DNA of 63,877 nt, filler included, from Octopus bimaculoides (Eukaryota), in assembly GCF_001194135.2 (NCBI RefSeq). It is 10 parts of 9 records of this genome, joined end to end, with 100 filler letters (N's around TTAATTAATTAA, not from the genome) between each part and the next. Parts side by side here need not be neighbours in the genome. Positions count along the whole stretch, not along the records: positions 61,968 to 63,877 come from NW_026418822.1; 9 more parts are not named here. One strand, 5' to 3'. Shown here piece after piece: positions 63,364-63,877 of the stretch. A program made the position numbers and the translations under genes. Numbering within the stretch: the stretch's first letter is position 1; the number at the start of each line of letters is the position of its first letter. Below the pieces are notes generated by a model. The model was not told the origin of the DNA. It did no database searches and saw only the letters and a program-made list of their open reading frames with translations.

Positions 63364-63635
63364 GACATAACGCAACAGATGATGTGCAACGGAGATGCTG
63401 TGGCCCTCATCGAGAAGTGCGTCCGTTTCCATGTGTTTGCATCGGAGCGACTGTGCGAGGAGGACATCTCTGTGTTTTCTCCGAAGATTAACAATGAAAA
63501 CCTCACCAAATGCCTGCAGAGCCTTAAATACCTCTATACTGACCTCGACAAGAAGAAAAAGATACGCTTCGACACAGAGGCAGAGTTCCGCTCCTACATG
63601 GTCCTGATGAACCTCAACCAGGGCGATATCCTCAG
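63364..63635 (+). CDS. MCM3AP: GANP / MCM3AP SAC3-domain exon
   Basis: Acceptor ttttctcag. DITQQMMCNGDAVALIEKCVRFHVFASERLCEEDISVFSPKINNENLTKCLQSLKYLY...EAEFRSYMVLMNLNQGDILR. Donor ag|gtaagt, phase 2. Confidence 0.97.
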
Positions 63636-63877
63636 GTAAGTTGGGTTTAAACAAGTTAAAGCAGAATGAACCATTGATACAATAATGATGAGGTATGATA
63701 AGGATGAAACATGTCCATTGTTATCACTGAATAATTTTGTCTTTTTTCGTTGAATCATGTTCTTCTTGTGGTTGTTGTTGTTAAATAGTGAGCAGAAAAA
63801 GTGCTTCCAAGTGTTGTATAATGAAACTGTAGACCCCCTCCTGATAGAAAGTGGTTGAAGCTAGCCATTATAAAATT

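Overview
AT-rich, microsatellite-dense metazoan DNA. The SINE families and gene sequences point to a coleoid cephalopod, probably Octopus (inference, not a database result). The window is a mosaic of 10 pieces joined by nine identical 100-bp spacers (44 N + TTAATTAATTAA + 44 N), plus many ordinary N gaps, so long-range order is uncertain. Two host genes are recognisable. CBFB (core-binding factor beta, minus strand) has exons at 52220-52336 and 49802-49960; both were missed by the ORF track. MCM3AP/GANP (plus strand) has three SAC3-domain exons at 61968-63635. The 5' exons of both genes are not visible. The rest is repeats: three tRNA-derived SINE families, several Tc1/mariner lineages (including a mariner nested in a maT-type element), a pogo/Tigger-type MITE, LINE relics (CR1/L2-like, Tx1/L1, RTE, R4/Dong) and Penelope-like elements. 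Best leads: (1) two minimal, probably dimer-dependent hammerhead ribozyme motifs in Penelope-type termini; (2) an internal E|VR splice donor in CBFB at almost the vertebrate position, plus a candidate alternative last exon; (3) a CpG-retaining island with candidate extra exons inside a CBFB intron; (4) two large fold-back palindromes. No CRISPR, rRNA or true tRNA genes were seen.
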